Assembly: GCA_964442745.1 (NCBI GenBank)
Contig: CAYUAI010000010.1
Span: forward strand, 3,142 to 67,141
Source of the DNA: an uncultured Chromatiales bacterium
Lineage (GTDB): Bacteria > Pseudomonadota > Gammaproteobacteria > S012-40
Direction: 5' to 3'
DNA length: 64,000 nucleotides
The position numbers and the translations under genes are program-made. Positions 50,941 through 60,791 of the stretch are shown here, piece by piece; position 1 is the stretch's first letter, and each line of letters opens with the position of its first letter. The notes below the pieces were generated by a model. The model did no database searches. It was not told where the DNA came from and worked only from the letters and a program-made list of their open reading frames with translations.

Positions 50941-51906
50941 ATGTTAGAGCCGTCATTATTGATTGATTTATATCGGAGTATGTTGCGTATTCGTCGGGTT
51001 GAAGAAACCTTGGCGGATCATTATGCGCAACAAGAAATACGTTGTCCAATGCATTTATGTATTGGGCAAGAAGCGATCGCTGCCGGTGTATGTCTCGCGT
51101 TAAATAGCCACGATGTAGTTTTTAGTAATCATCGGGCACATGGTCACTATTTGGCAAAGGGGGGTGATCTGAAGCGGATGATTGCTGAGTTATATGGTAA
51201 ATCTGAGGGTTGTTGTGGCGGTCTGGGAGGCTCGATGCATTTAATTGATAAAGCCGTCGGTTTTCTCGGTTCGACACCGATTGTTGGTGGTACCGTTCCA
51301 TTGGCAGTGGGTGCTGCTTGGTCTTTTCAATTATTGGAAAAGCGGCAAGTCGCGATTGCTTTTTTTGGTGATGGTTGCTTTGAAGAAGGCGTTGTCCATG
51401 AATCACTGAACTTTGCCTCGTTGCACAAGTTACCGGTTATTTTCGTTTGTGAAAACAATCAATATTCCGTGTACACACATATAAAAGATAGACAACCTGA
51501 TCGAAAAATTAGTGACATTGCCAACGCTCATGGTTGGCGAGTATGGCAGGGGGATGGCAATGATGTGGTTGCCAGTTATCAGATGGCAACGCAAGCGGTG
51601 GCCGATGCGAAATCCGCATTGGGTCCACAGTTTATCGAACTGGATACCTATCGATGGCGCGAGCATTGTGGGCCTGATTTTGATGATCACTTGGGGTATC
51701 GGGTAGGATCCGATCTTAGTGATTGGCAGCGACGCTGTCCTATTAAACGCTTATACCAGAGACTGGTTAATAACGACGCTCAGGTAGTGTCGACTCTAGA
51801 ACATCTTGGCAACACGATTATGGAGGAAATCATGGTGGCTTTTGAGTTTGCCAAAAGCTGTCCGATTCCCAGTCCACAACCCATGATACGTCGCGTTTTT
51901 TCCTGA
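50941..51906 (+). CDS. TPP-dependent dehydrogenase E1 component, alpha subunit
   Basis: The TPP-binding region is GDGCFEEGVVHESLNFASLHKLPVIFVCENNQY. It has the 2-oxoacid dehydrogenase E1-alpha fold. Confidence 0.8.
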   Translation: MLEPSLLIDLYRSMLRIRRVEETLADHYAQQEIRCPMHLCIGQEAIAAGVCLALNSHDVVFSNHRAHGHYLAKGGDLKRMIAELYGKSEGCCGGLGGSMHLIDKAVGFLGSTPIVGGTVPLAVGAAWSFQLLEKRQVAIAFFGDGCFEEGVVHESLNFASLHKLPVIFVCENNQYSVYTHIKDRQPDRKISDIANAHGWRVWQGDGNDVVASYQMATQAVADAKSALGPQFIELDTYRWREHCGPDFDDHLGYRVGSDLSDWQRRCPIKRLYQRLVNNDAQVVSTLEHLGNTIMEEIMVAFEFAKSCPIPSPQPMIRRVFS

Positions 51907-51909
51907 TAT

Positions 51910-52980
51910 ATGTCGCTTCGTTCTTTGAGTTATGCACAAGCCATTAATGAAGCATTAGTCTATTGCTTAGCAACTTATTCGAATACGCTATTAATTGGTG
52001 AAGGTGTGCCTGATCCAAAGGGTATTTTTAATACTACGTTAGATTTACCAAAAAAATTTGGTAAACATCGAGTGTTTGATATGCCTTTGGCGGAAAATGG
52101 TATGACCGGTGTGTGCATTGGTGCGGCTTTGGCGGGGCTTCGACCCATTATGGTACATCAGCGAATTGATTTTGCCTTGCTTGCCATGGATCAATTAATT
52201 AATAATGCAGCAAAATGGTTTTTTATGTTTAATGGCCAGTCGTCGGTACCGCTGGTGGTACGGCTTATTATTGGTCGAGGTTGGGGGCAAGGGGCGCAGC
52301 ACTCACAAAGTTTGCAGGCTTTATTTAGTCATGTACCAGGTCTTAAAGTGGTGATGCCGGTTTCTGCTTATGATGCTAAAGGTATGCTGATCAGCGCGAT
52401 TGAAGATGATAATCCAGTGATTTTTATCGAGCATCGTTGGTTGCACAATGGCATGGATCAAGTCCCTGAAAATGACTATCGAGTCCCTTTAGATCAAGCC
52501 AAGATCGTGATTATCGGTACAGATTTTACCATTGTGGCGTTTTCATTAATGGTGGTTGAAGCATTAAAAGTCGCCCGTGTATTGGCACAATACGGTATCA
52601 ATATCGAGGTGATTGATATGCGCTCATGCAATCCGCTTGATATGCCACCCGTCGTTGAATCAGTGAAAAAAACCGGACGAGTGATCGTGACCGATACCGG
52701 TACAGAGACGTGTGGTGTCAGTAGTGAAGTCATTACTCGTATTGTTGAGCAGGCCCATGAGTGGCTGAAATGTTCACCGATCAGACTGGCTGCACCAAAT
52801 CATCCCGTTCCGACGTCACCTTTTTTAGCCGATGGTTATTATATTGATGCGGAGAAAATTGCTCAATGTGTTTTAACTCGAATGGCGTGCGATACCTCTA
52901 TCACTGAGCAAGTCTTGCAAGCACTACGTCGAATTTCACCCAGGGATATTCCAGCCGCAGATTATGTCGGACCTTTTTAA
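51910..52980 (+). CDS. TPP-dependent dehydrogenase E1 component, beta subunit (transketolase-like)
   Basis: There is a pyrimidine-binding domain (FDMPLAENGMTGVCIGAALAGLRPI) and a C-terminal transketolase-C domain. It is translationally adjacent to the alpha subunit. Confidence 0.8.
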   Translation: MSLRSLSYAQAINEALVYCLATYSNTLLIGEGVPDPKGIFNTTLDLPKKFGKHRVFDMPLAENGMTGVCIGAALAGLRPIMVHQRIDFALLAMDQLINNAAKWFFMFNGQSSVPLVVRLIIGRGWGQGAQHSQSLQALFSHVPGLKVVMPVSAYDAKGMLISAIEDDNPVIFIEHRWLHNGMDQVPENDYRVPLDQAKIVIIGTDFTIVAFSLMVVEALKVARVLAQYGINIEVIDMRSCNPLDMPPVVESVKKTGRVIVTDTGTETCGVSSEVITRIVEQAHEWLKCSPIRLAAPNHPVPTSPFLADGYYIDAEKIAQCVLTRMACDTSITEQVLQALRRISPRDIPAADYVGPF

Positions 52981-53004
52981 ATATCCTTCATAAAGGAACA
53001 ATAC

Positions 53005-54402
53005 ATGGAAAATCATAAAAACTCGGTCAATCGCTTCGGCAAAAACACTACCACGGCGATACCAGATAATATACCGTTAGCCAAGCAACCTGGTCATAAA
53101 TTGCGTAGCTCCAATACCATTGTTGATCGTTCCGCTTTACCCGTACATTCATTGGCAATGACTCGCAATGTAGGGCAAGAAAAAACAAGTGATGCTCAGA
53201 CGATTGAATTAGTCCAGTTTGAAAACCAGTTCGGTTTAATTAGAAGGAAATCGGATGATCGATGTGATCGACCGATACCAAATATGTTTAGTGGACCATC
53301 AAATCGAAATCAACAACAACGTTTTCGATTTGATGGTCACAAAATGCTGCATCATCTAGATCACGTGCTTGCTTGGCAAAAAGGAGGAAAAATCGCCCCG
53401 ATTCACATTGATATGGGTTTGACAAAATATTGTAATACTGCCTGCCTGTATTGTTATGCGGTAGTGCAGAATATGACAAAAGGGAAAATGATTGGCTGTC
53501 AGGCATTGTTAAATTTCATTGAAGACTGTGGGCGTTTAGGCGTTCGATCTTTAGGTTTTATTGGTGATGGTGAACCCACCTTAAATCCGGCACTTTATGA
53601 GGCAACAGTGTTGGCGGCGAGTCATGGCATTGATACCGCAATGGCCACTAATGGTTTGTTATTGGATATGGATCGAGCACATGATGTATTGGCGAATATG
53701 TCCTGGATAAGATTTAACCTGTCTGCAGGTAGTGCGACGGGGTTTCAGAAAGTCCATCAATCAAAAGCTAAAAACTTTGATTTGCTCATTGAAAAAATTC
53801 GTAATTTAGTTCAACTGAAAAAACAATATGGTTATCAATGTACCATTGGTTTGCAAATGGTATTGATTCCAGAGTGCTTTGATGAAGTCATTGCCGAGGC
53901 CAAACTTGGCCAGGAATTAGGCGTGGATTATTTTGTGATTAAACATTGTTCCGATTCAGAATACAAAGAAATCGGTGTGAATTATGATGATTATAAGCGG
54001 GTCGCCGAGAAACTGAAATGTGCGGAAAGCTATTCCAATGATGAATATGTCGTGCAAGTGAAGTGGAATAAAATTAACGCCAATGGTGAAACTGATTTGT
54101 ATAAAAATGGTTATCGAAAATACGATGTTTGCATGGGAACGCCTTTTTTACTGCAAATTTCTGGCAATGGTAAAATCTATCCGTGCGGTCCATTTTTTAA
54201 TAAAGAGCGATTTTACATGGGTGACTTGCACGAGCATGCTTTTTATGACTTAGTGAATAGTGATCATTATTGGGCAGTACACCAAGATATCGCAAACAGT
54301 GTCGATGTGCATAAAGATTGTGCCATTGGCTGTCGGCAAGATTACATCAATAAATTTCTTTGGGATTTAAAAAATCCACCTGAACATGTGAATTTTATTT
54401 AG
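53005..54402 (+). CDS. Radical SAM protein with a ~100 aa N-terminal extension; paralogue of the 46658 gene
   Basis: The radical SAM motif is CNTACLYC with GDGEP. The C-terminus CMGTP...YPCGPF...CAIGC...NFI aligns with the paralogue. The RBS is aaaggaacaatacATG. Confidence 0.7.
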   Translation: MENHKNSVNRFGKNTTTAIPDNIPLAKQPGHKLRSSNTIVDRSALPVHSLAMTRNVGQEKTSDAQTIELVQFENQFGLIRRKSDDRCDRPIPNMFSGPSNRNQQQRFRFDGHKMLHHLDHVLAWQKGGKIAPIHIDMGLTKYCNTACLYCYAVVQNMTKGKMIGCQALLNFIEDCGRLGVRSLGFIGDGEPTLNPALYEATVLAASHGIDTAMATNGLLLDMDRAHDVLANMSWIRFNLSAGSATGFQKVHQSKAKNFDLLIEKIRNLVQLKKQYGYQCTIGLQMVLIPECFDEVIAEAKLGQELGVDYFVIKHCSDSEYKEIGVNYDDYKRVAEKLKCAESYSNDEYVVQVKWNKINANGETDLYKNGYRKYDVCMGTPFLLQISGNGKIYPCGPFFNKERFYMGDLHEHAFYDLVNSDHYWAVHQDIANSVDVHKDCAIGCRQDYINKFLWDLKNPPEHVNFI

Positions 54403-54409
54403 ACTTTAT

Positions 54410-56194
54410 TTACTCAATTAACAATGTTTCTACTTGGTTGATAATATTTTTGGCAAATTTTTTATAGGTGGAATATTGCGCAATATTGGAAGCGAGTTTT
54501 TTTGGTTTTTTACTGAGTGCATTTTGCAAAGAATTAAATGAATTAAAATATAAACATTCATCTTCCCAGTAGGGTGGCTCCGCAAAATGCCTGCAATCGA
54601 AAACTAAAGGCGTCGCACCACAGGCTGCGACTTCACTTAATCTTTGGGAATTAATTTCAAAAGGATGTACCACAAGTGCATATTTGGCACTGTTATATAT
54701 TTTGGCGAGGGCTGATCCATGGGCGATCGAACCCTTGAAAAATTCTGAGACAATGGGGTCGTCGTCCCATCCATAACCATATATCTCAACCGGAAATGTG
54801 TTGTTTTGACAAATCCATTGAACGGCTTTTCTACGAATGGAATAATGATATAACTTCCAAAAAATTATCTCGAATGGGATATCGAATTTCGTGGCCGCCT
54901 GATTGATAATGTCATGTGTTATCGTGATTTCTGCATCTAAAAAATGATTGAAATATGAAATAACCTCAAGCGTGTGATTACTACTTTTGTGTTTGATAAA
55001 ACCCTGGTAAGAGGCGCCAACAAAAACAATTTTTTCTTCTTTGTGAATTTCCGGATAAGCCTTAAATATCGTAGCATCGATACAAAACTGTTGGCGATGT
55101 ATGTTGGGTGAATCACAAGTCTCAAGGTATTTATCTAAGGTGGGAGAGATTGAATAAATTATATCCCGTTTTCGCCAATGAAATGGTTTTTGTTCAAGTA
55201 ATTGTGGCATAGGGTCTTGCCACCAAATCACATTAAAGACATCCTCGTGTAGATAATTATTATTTTGGTGATTTATGTTAATGGTGATATGAGGATTAAA
55301 GTCATAACGTAATTTTTGATGCCATATGCCATTGCTAAGGTCTTCCATATCGCTTTGTTCAATGGAAAATTCAACTTGATGGCCTAAGTTCTGGAAGGCC
55401 TTAGCTAAGTATCTTGCTGCATACTGCATAACAAGGGTTTGTCTGTTTGCGATTAAGTACACTCGATACGGCTGTATATTTTTAAAAATTGGTTGCAGTG
55501 TGGTAAGTTCCCTGTTGAGGTGCTCTCTGATTTTAATTTGTTGTTTAATCATAGTGCTTAGTAGTTCATGATAGGTTTTGGTGATCTCGTTTTTTTCTTG
55601 TTCCGTTGTCTCAGGTTCGGGAGAAAACTCTAGCCGATAGGGTATACGAAGTCGTGTATTCATAAAAAAATCATAAATTTTTTCGGTGGGCACACAGATT
55701 AAATTCGCGGGAGCATCATGAAAGGGTTCGCCATTGTGATAACAAATTTGTAAGCCATCAATGTTGGGGTGCTCTAACTTTACTCGGTTTTTATTGAGTG
55801 CAGTGGCATAAGCGAGATCTCGATCAAGAAAATAAGTGTCTTGATGCAGCGAGGTGAAATCTTCGTTGTCTTGAATATGATGATGCAATTGATCGAGCAA
55901 GTCTTTAAAGGTGTTTTCTATTTCCTGAATTTTGTCTTTCTCAATGGAGATCCCTTTCTTAATCGAGCAAAAATGTTTGGGGATTCTCGTTGGGTGGGAC
56001 AAAAAATATTCAGAAAACTGACTGATTGGCACATGAATTAAATTGGTTGGCGCCTGGTGTAGAGGTTCACCATCGTAGTAACAGTTTTTAATAATTGATT
56101 GGCCTGACTGAAGCTTAATTTTTTCGCCTTTTGAGGCGGTTTTTTGAGCGATGTCTCTATCAATAAAATATACGTCATCAGTAAACATAGTCAT
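54410..56194 (-). CDS. Putative glycosyltransferase (CgeB/DUF3880-like C-terminal domain) with an internally duplicated N-terminal domain
   Basis: The ATG is at 56194. Two ~100 aa tandem N-terminal repeats are present: VYFIDRDIAQKTA...YYDGEPLHQAPTNLIHVP and TYFLDRDLAYATA...YHNGEPFHDAPANLICVP. The C-terminal ~200 aa resemble CgeB-type GT1-like domains. Confidence 0.55.
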   Translation of the reverse strand: MTMFTDDVYFIDRDIAQKTASKGEKIKLQSGQSIIKNCYYDGEPLHQAPTNLIHVPISQFSEYFLSHPTRIPKHFCSIKKGISIEKDKIQEIENTFKDLLDQLHHHIQDNEDFTSLHQDTYFLDRDLAYATALNKNRVKLEHPNIDGLQICYHNGEPFHDAPANLICVPTEKIYDFFMNTRLRIPYRLEFSPEPETTEQEKNEITKTYHELLSTMIKQQIKIREHLNRELTTLQPIFKNIQPYRVYLIANRQTLVMQYAARYLAKAFQNLGHQVEFSIEQSDMEDLSNGIWHQKLRYDFNPHITININHQNNNYLHEDVFNVIWWQDPMPQLLEQKPFHWRKRDIIYSISPTLDKYLETCDSPNIHRQQFCIDATIFKAYPEIHKEEKIVFVGASYQGFIKHKSSNHTLEVISYFNHFLDAEITITHDIINQAATKFDIPFEIIFWKLYHYSIRRKAVQWICQNNTFPVEIYGYGWDDDPIVSEFFKGSIAHGSALAKIYNSAKYALVVHPFEINSQRLSEVAACGATPLVFDCRHFAEPPYWEDECLYFNSFNSLQNALSKKPKKLASNIAQYSTYKKFAKNIINQVETLLIE

Positions 56195-56346
56195 TGGATA
56201 AATCTCTGGCTAAAAAGGACATAACATATCTCTTGCTATAATTTAGCATAGGATATGCCAGTGTCTATTGATAACTGGGTTGGCACGATGTTTTCATGGA
56301 ATATTCGATTAAATCAATGGATCTTATTTTAATAATATAAAGCAAG

Positions 56347-57630
56347 ATGAAAATTACTCAGAATCATCAAATCATGCAACAGCGATGGCCTAGTTTATTG
56401 GATAAATTAACGAGGTCAAATGAAAAACTGGATATACAGGTGCTGTATCACAACAATGAAAAAACGTTGCTGGTTAATGGTATTCACTTAAGTAGTATTT
56501 ATGATAAAAATAAAGAAGCACAATTGCAGGCAAGCCTAGTGCCGTGCGAAAAATCTCAGGTATTTGTTTATGGCGTAGGTTTAGGTGATATACCACGTGT
56601 ATTGTTAAAAAGAAAGGCACTGATTGAGTTGGTGTGTGTTGTTTTAAACAAGTCGATTTTCTACCAAGTGATTATGGAATTTGATTGTTCAAATTGGTTG
56701 CAAGATGAACGAGTACGTTTGCTCTTTGCTAATGAGGAAACTCAACTTCAATATCCATTTTCGACCCAGCCTGCCTGTTTGAAGTTAGCTAATGAAGCAG
56801 TCTATCATTTGCGTGATCAAATTTTATTGGAGTTGTCAACGCCACATATCCAACAGAAATTTAGTGAAAAAAAAGTTATTTACCAGCAGCAAATTGAAGA
56901 AAATATTTTTTATATTAAAAATGATGGCGATGTGAGTAGCTTTTTTAATCGCTATCCTGGACAGGCTGCACTCATTGTTGGGGCAGGTCCAAGTTTATTA
57001 GATAATTATGACTGGATACGAGAAAATCGTGATAATTATTTTATAATTTCGGTCAGTTCAGCTGTGATTCCGCTAATGGCAGAAAATATAATTCCAGATG
57101 CAGTGGTTGTTATTGAGCCACAAGAAGACGCAATATTTCCCGTATTCGATATTGATTTGACATTGCTTAGCAAAGTACCTTTAGTTTACTTTCCTATCGT
57201 TTCAAAGCGAGTGTTAGCGTTGTGGAAAGGTAAACGTTTTACGGCATATGGTCAGCACAAAATTTATGAGAAAATGGCAGTTCAATATCCTAAAGGATAT
57301 TTGTTTGCTGCTGGTACAGTGGTGCACTCCGCGATTGATTTAGCCGTTAAAATGGGCGTAAGGAAAATTGTATTGGCCGGAGTGGATTATGCTTTTTCAA
57401 ATGAACTGCAACATGCTACGGGTGCTCGTTCAAGAAATATTCTGGTGCCAGAGACAGGTGAGTATGTGGTTTTTAATGGCTATAATGAAAAGATTCAATC
57501 GTCGCCGAGCTTAATTGGTTTTTTACGTGATACTGAACATTATATTGCTTGTCATCCACAGGTTGAGTTTTACAATATGAGTCGATCAGGTGCTAAAATT
57601 AAAGGCGCAACTTATTTAGATGGTGCTTAG
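56347..57630 (+). CDS. maf: Motility accessory factor (Maf; DUF115/MptE-like) flagellin glycosyltransferase family
   Basis: ALIVGAGPSLLDNYDWIRENRDNYFIISVSSAV...PDAVVVIEPQ is the DUF115 core. Confidence 0.8.
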   Translation: MKITQNHQIMQQRWPSLLDKLTRSNEKLDIQVLYHNNEKTLLVNGIHLSSIYDKNKEAQLQASLVPCEKSQVFVYGVGLGDIPRVLLKRKALIELVCVVLNKSIFYQVIMEFDCSNWLQDERVRLLFANEETQLQYPFSTQPACLKLANEAVYHLRDQILLELSTPHIQQKFSEKKVIYQQQIEENIFYIKNDGDVSSFFNRYPGQAALIVGAGPSLLDNYDWIRENRDNYFIISVSSAVIPLMAENIIPDAVVVIEPQEDAIFPVFDIDLTLLSKVPLVYFPIVSKRVLALWKGKRFTAYGQHKIYEKMAVQYPKGYLFAAGTVVHSAIDLAVKMGVRKIVLAGVDYAFSNELQHATGARSRNILVPETGEYVVFNGYNEKIQSSPSLIGFLRDTEHYIACHPQVEFYNMSRSGAKIKGATYLDGA

Positions 57631-57900
57631 ATGACAAATAGGATTTCATTGAAAATACAGCGTACCAGCAACGCCTTTCGATTAGGTATGGAAAGCAAAG
57701 GTGGCCAATTGTTTTCTGAGCTCATTGATGAACTTCTAGAGGTAATATCAAGTTCAGCATCGGATGAACTATTGGGGAAATTCAATAGACTTTTACAGCA
57801 AATGATAGAAGCACAATTGAAAGCAGATTTTTTGTATTTAGCCGATTTAATTGAATATGAGTTAACTGATGCTTTGCGTGAAATAGATAAACGAAATTAA
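57631..57900 (+). CDS. Small hypothetical protein (89 aa)
   Basis: An ORF abutting the maf stop (ATG overlapping TAG). It is helical and acidic. I recognise no family. Confidence 0.35.
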   Translation: MTNRISLKIQRTSNAFRLGMESKGGQLFSELIDELLEVISSSASDELLGKFNRLLQQMIEAQLKADFLYLADLIEYELTDALREIDKRN

Positions 57901-57930
57901 TTTTATGTAGTCATTTGAGGTTTAAAAATT

Positions 57931-58101
57931 ATGTCAGAAATTTTAAAAGGTAATTTTAAAACAAAAAATCAAGTAGTTTATCAGCCAGAAAAAAATAATA
58001 CTTTGGAAGAAATATTTGAAAAAGAGGCATTGAAAAAATTAGGCGGCAGTATTGCTTTTGTCTCAAAAAAGAAAGTGATGTGGGATGATAACAAGGATTA
58101 A
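57931..58101 (+). CDS. Small hypothetical ORF (56 aa), not in the supplied track
   Basis: ATG at 57931 after ttgaggtttaaaaatt. It reads MSEILKGNFKTKNQVVYQPEKNNTLEEIFEKEALKKLGGSIAFVSKKKVMWDDNKD. Confidence 0.3.
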   Translation: MSEILKGNFKTKNQVVYQPEKNNTLEEIFEKEALKKLGGSIAFVSKKKVMWDDNKD

Positions 58102-58127
58102 CCCAGTTTTTCTGCCTGGAGGTTTTC

Positions 58128-59165
58128 ATGAGTGTCTTAGAAAATAAACAGCCGCCTATCGGTATGGCGCTGGTGGATAATATGCTGAATTTGACTAGCG
58201 AACGCACCACTGGGCAAGGACTGGATAATGCGGAACGAAATCAGCAGTTTTTACACCATGGGCAATCATTGGTCGCGTTGAGGAATCAATCTTTAGCCGA
58301 AGGAAATCAATGTATTGTGATTGCGGCAGGGCCTAGCATCAAACGACAAGACCCCTTGTCAATACTGAAAAAAACAGATTATAACGGCGCTATCATTGTG
58401 ACAGATAGTGCATTGTTCTATTGTTTACGAAACAAAATTATTCCAGACCTGGTGGTTACTTTGGACCCCCATGCGAAAAGAATTGTACGCTGGTTTGGAG
58501 ATCCTAATTTAACCAAAAAGGATATTATCGCCGATGACTATTTCCGTCGTCAGGATATGGATGAGGCCTTTGCTAATGAATGGCAAGTTAATGAAGAAAT
58601 ATTGACGTTGTTAGATAAATATGGCAAAGACATCAAGATTGCATTATCCACTTCAGCCTCCAGTGCTGTGGTGAATCGAGCCATTGATAGTGAGATGCAA
58701 ATTTATTGGTGGAATCCGATGTATGATGATCCCGAGCAGGAAAATAGTGTGACGGGGGGATTGTATCAACGGAATAAACTACCTTGTGTTAACGCCGGTG
58801 GCAATGTCGGGACAGCGTGTTGGATGATGGCGCATGCGGTTCACAATAAAAAACAGGTGGCAATAACGGGCATGGACTTTGGTTATTATGACGATACCCC
58901 TTATGAAAAGACGCAGTATTACAAAGAAGCTGTGGCCTTATTTGGTCAGGAGCAATTGGAAAATTATTTTGTCCGTGTCTTTAATCCGCATGAGAATCGA
59001 TGGTTTTACACCGACCCGGCTTATATGTGGTATCGAGAGTGCTTGTTCGATTTATTACCTGAGGCGGATTGTATGACATATAATTGTACTGAAGGTGGGA
59101 TTGTGTTTGGAGAGAATATTGATTATCTACCCTTGCATAAATTTTTAACCTGTGGTGTAACATAG
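58128..59165 (+). CDS. DUF115/MptE-like (Maf-related) protein
   Basis: CIVIAAGPSIKRQDPLSIL...IIVTDSALFYCLRNKIIPDLVVTLDPH is a DUF115 core. Confidence 0.7.
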   Translation: MSVLENKQPPIGMALVDNMLNLTSERTTGQGLDNAERNQQFLHHGQSLVALRNQSLAEGNQCIVIAAGPSIKRQDPLSILKKTDYNGAIIVTDSALFYCLRNKIIPDLVVTLDPHAKRIVRWFGDPNLTKKDIIADDYFRRQDMDEAFANEWQVNEEILTLLDKYGKDIKIALSTSASSAVVNRAIDSEMQIYWWNPMYDDPEQENSVTGGLYQRNKLPCVNAGGNVGTACWMMAHAVHNKKQVAITGMDFGYYDDTPYEKTQYYKEAVALFGQEQLENYFVRVFNPHENRWFYTDPAYMWYRECLFDLLPEADCMTYNCTEGGIVFGENIDYLPLHKFLTCGVT

Positions 59166-59182
59166 TAATCAAGAAAAATTCC

Positions 59183-60769
59183 ATGGCCAAAGTATTATTT
59201 ATCAATCCCGTTGTGAGAGAAGAAGATGATCCGCGGCATGTGCCTTATGGTATTGCTTTGTTGGCAGCGATTGCTATGGAGCAAGGTTGTCTCGTGCAGG
59301 TTTATGATGAAAATGCTTGGCGACGAGGTGAACAAACACTCATTGAGGTATTGCAGGCCGACAGTTGGGATGTGATTGCATTGGGAGGTATTACAACCGC
59401 CTATGCTTCTCTAAAGCAGATTGTAAAACTGGGGAATCAACAATCTCCACAGAGCAAGATTATTATTGGTGGTGGTGTATTAACCTCGTTACCTAATGAG
59501 ATTATGAAATTTTTGCCAGAGGTGGATATTGGTGTGATTGGCGAGGCATTTCAAACCTTTCCCGAAATATTAGCAATGATTGATGCCGGTGATCAACAAT
59601 GGCAAGACATTGATGGAACAGTTTCAAGAAATCATCAGGGTAAGTTGGTTTTTGGAAAGCAAAGAGCCTTATTAGAAAGCCTGGATAGCTTGCCTTATCC
59701 TGCATGGGATTTGTTTCCGTTAGAGGAAGTTTATTTCCCCAACAGTCAGGTACTTTTTTCGGAAGAAGGGATGTTGGCGAAAAGACGTTTAGATATCAAC
59801 GCTAGTTACGGTTGTTCATTGATTTGTCGTTATTGCTACCATTTAGGCATTGCCGGTGATATGCGTTATCAATCTGATGAATTCGGCAATACCCAGATTC
59901 ATTTTGATGAGCCGGGAAATTACTCAAGAACAATACGTTATCACAGTCCTGAATATATCGTGAAGTTGGTTAAATACGCCTATGATAAATACGATATCGA
60001 TTTTATTGGTTTTCTCGATGAAAACTTAATGACCATGGACCAATATTCAAAGAAAACATGGTTAAAAGAAATTACTCGGCTGTGGATTGAATATGGCTTG
60101 CAACCCAGCTGTATCCGTGATGGTGTCTCCCATGATGAGCACTGTCGGGGTGTGCATTGGTCGGGTACGAGTCATGCGACGCTTTGCAATCCTGAGACCT
60201 TAAAAATGATGAGGCAGGCGGGTTGTTCACATTTAGTGTATGGTTATGAGTCGTTTTCCCGACATGTCATGAAAACTATTGGCAAAGGTGCCACTCCGAA
60301 AACCAATATGAGAAGTTTTTTTTGGACGTTGGAATCAGGGATTCGCCCGATCCCAAATCAAATTATTGGCTTTCCCAATGAAGACTTTCTATCAATCTAC
60401 GAGAATATGGCAGCGTGGAAACAATTAGGCATTGTAGTAAAGCCTTTTTTTGCAACGCCGTATCCTGGCTCTGAATGGTTTACCGTGTATCGAGATCAGA
60501 TTATGAAACAATACCAAGGTGATCTTGAACAATATTTGCTAGATCTTGGTGATGCAACACGGATAACAGCCGTCATTTCGCATAACTTTAATGCGGTCGA
60601 ATTGTTGGGCTTACGGGAGTTAATGGTTAATTTTGACTATCAGCGTATTCGAGAATATGAAGTCTATTGGCGAAAGGCGCATCATATTGCGGATGGTGAT
60701 CCTTCAACAGTGTATGTGCCCGTTGGCACTAAAGATCCATTGCTGAAAAAAATTGCTTTTTTTAAATAA
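59183..60769 (+). CDS. B12-binding-domain radical SAM protein (class B; candidate methyltransferase)
   Basis: The N-terminal cobalamin-binding Rossmann region is VLFINPV...DVIALGG. The radical SAM motif is CSLICRYCYH. Confidence 0.8.
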   Translation: MAKVLFINPVVREEDDPRHVPYGIALLAAIAMEQGCLVQVYDENAWRRGEQTLIEVLQADSWDVIALGGITTAYASLKQIVKLGNQQSPQSKIIIGGGVLTSLPNEIMKFLPEVDIGVIGEAFQTFPEILAMIDAGDQQWQDIDGTVSRNHQGKLVFGKQRALLESLDSLPYPAWDLFPLEEVYFPNSQVLFSEEGMLAKRRLDINASYGCSLICRYCYHLGIAGDMRYQSDEFGNTQIHFDEPGNYSRTIRYHSPEYIVKLVKYAYDKYDIDFIGFLDENLMTMDQYSKKTWLKEITRLWIEYGLQPSCIRDGVSHDEHCRGVHWSGTSHATLCNPETLKMMRQAGCSHLVYGYESFSRHVMKTIGKGATPKTNMRSFFWTLESGIRPIPNQIIGFPNEDFLSIYENMAAWKQLGIVVKPFFATPYPGSEWFTVYRDQIMKQYQGDLEQYLLDLGDATRITAVISHNFNAVELLGLRELMVNFDYQRIREYEVYWRKAHHIADGDPSTVYVPVGTKDPLLKKIAFFK

Positions 60770-60791
60770 GAATCCATGGAAGGAGGGTGAG

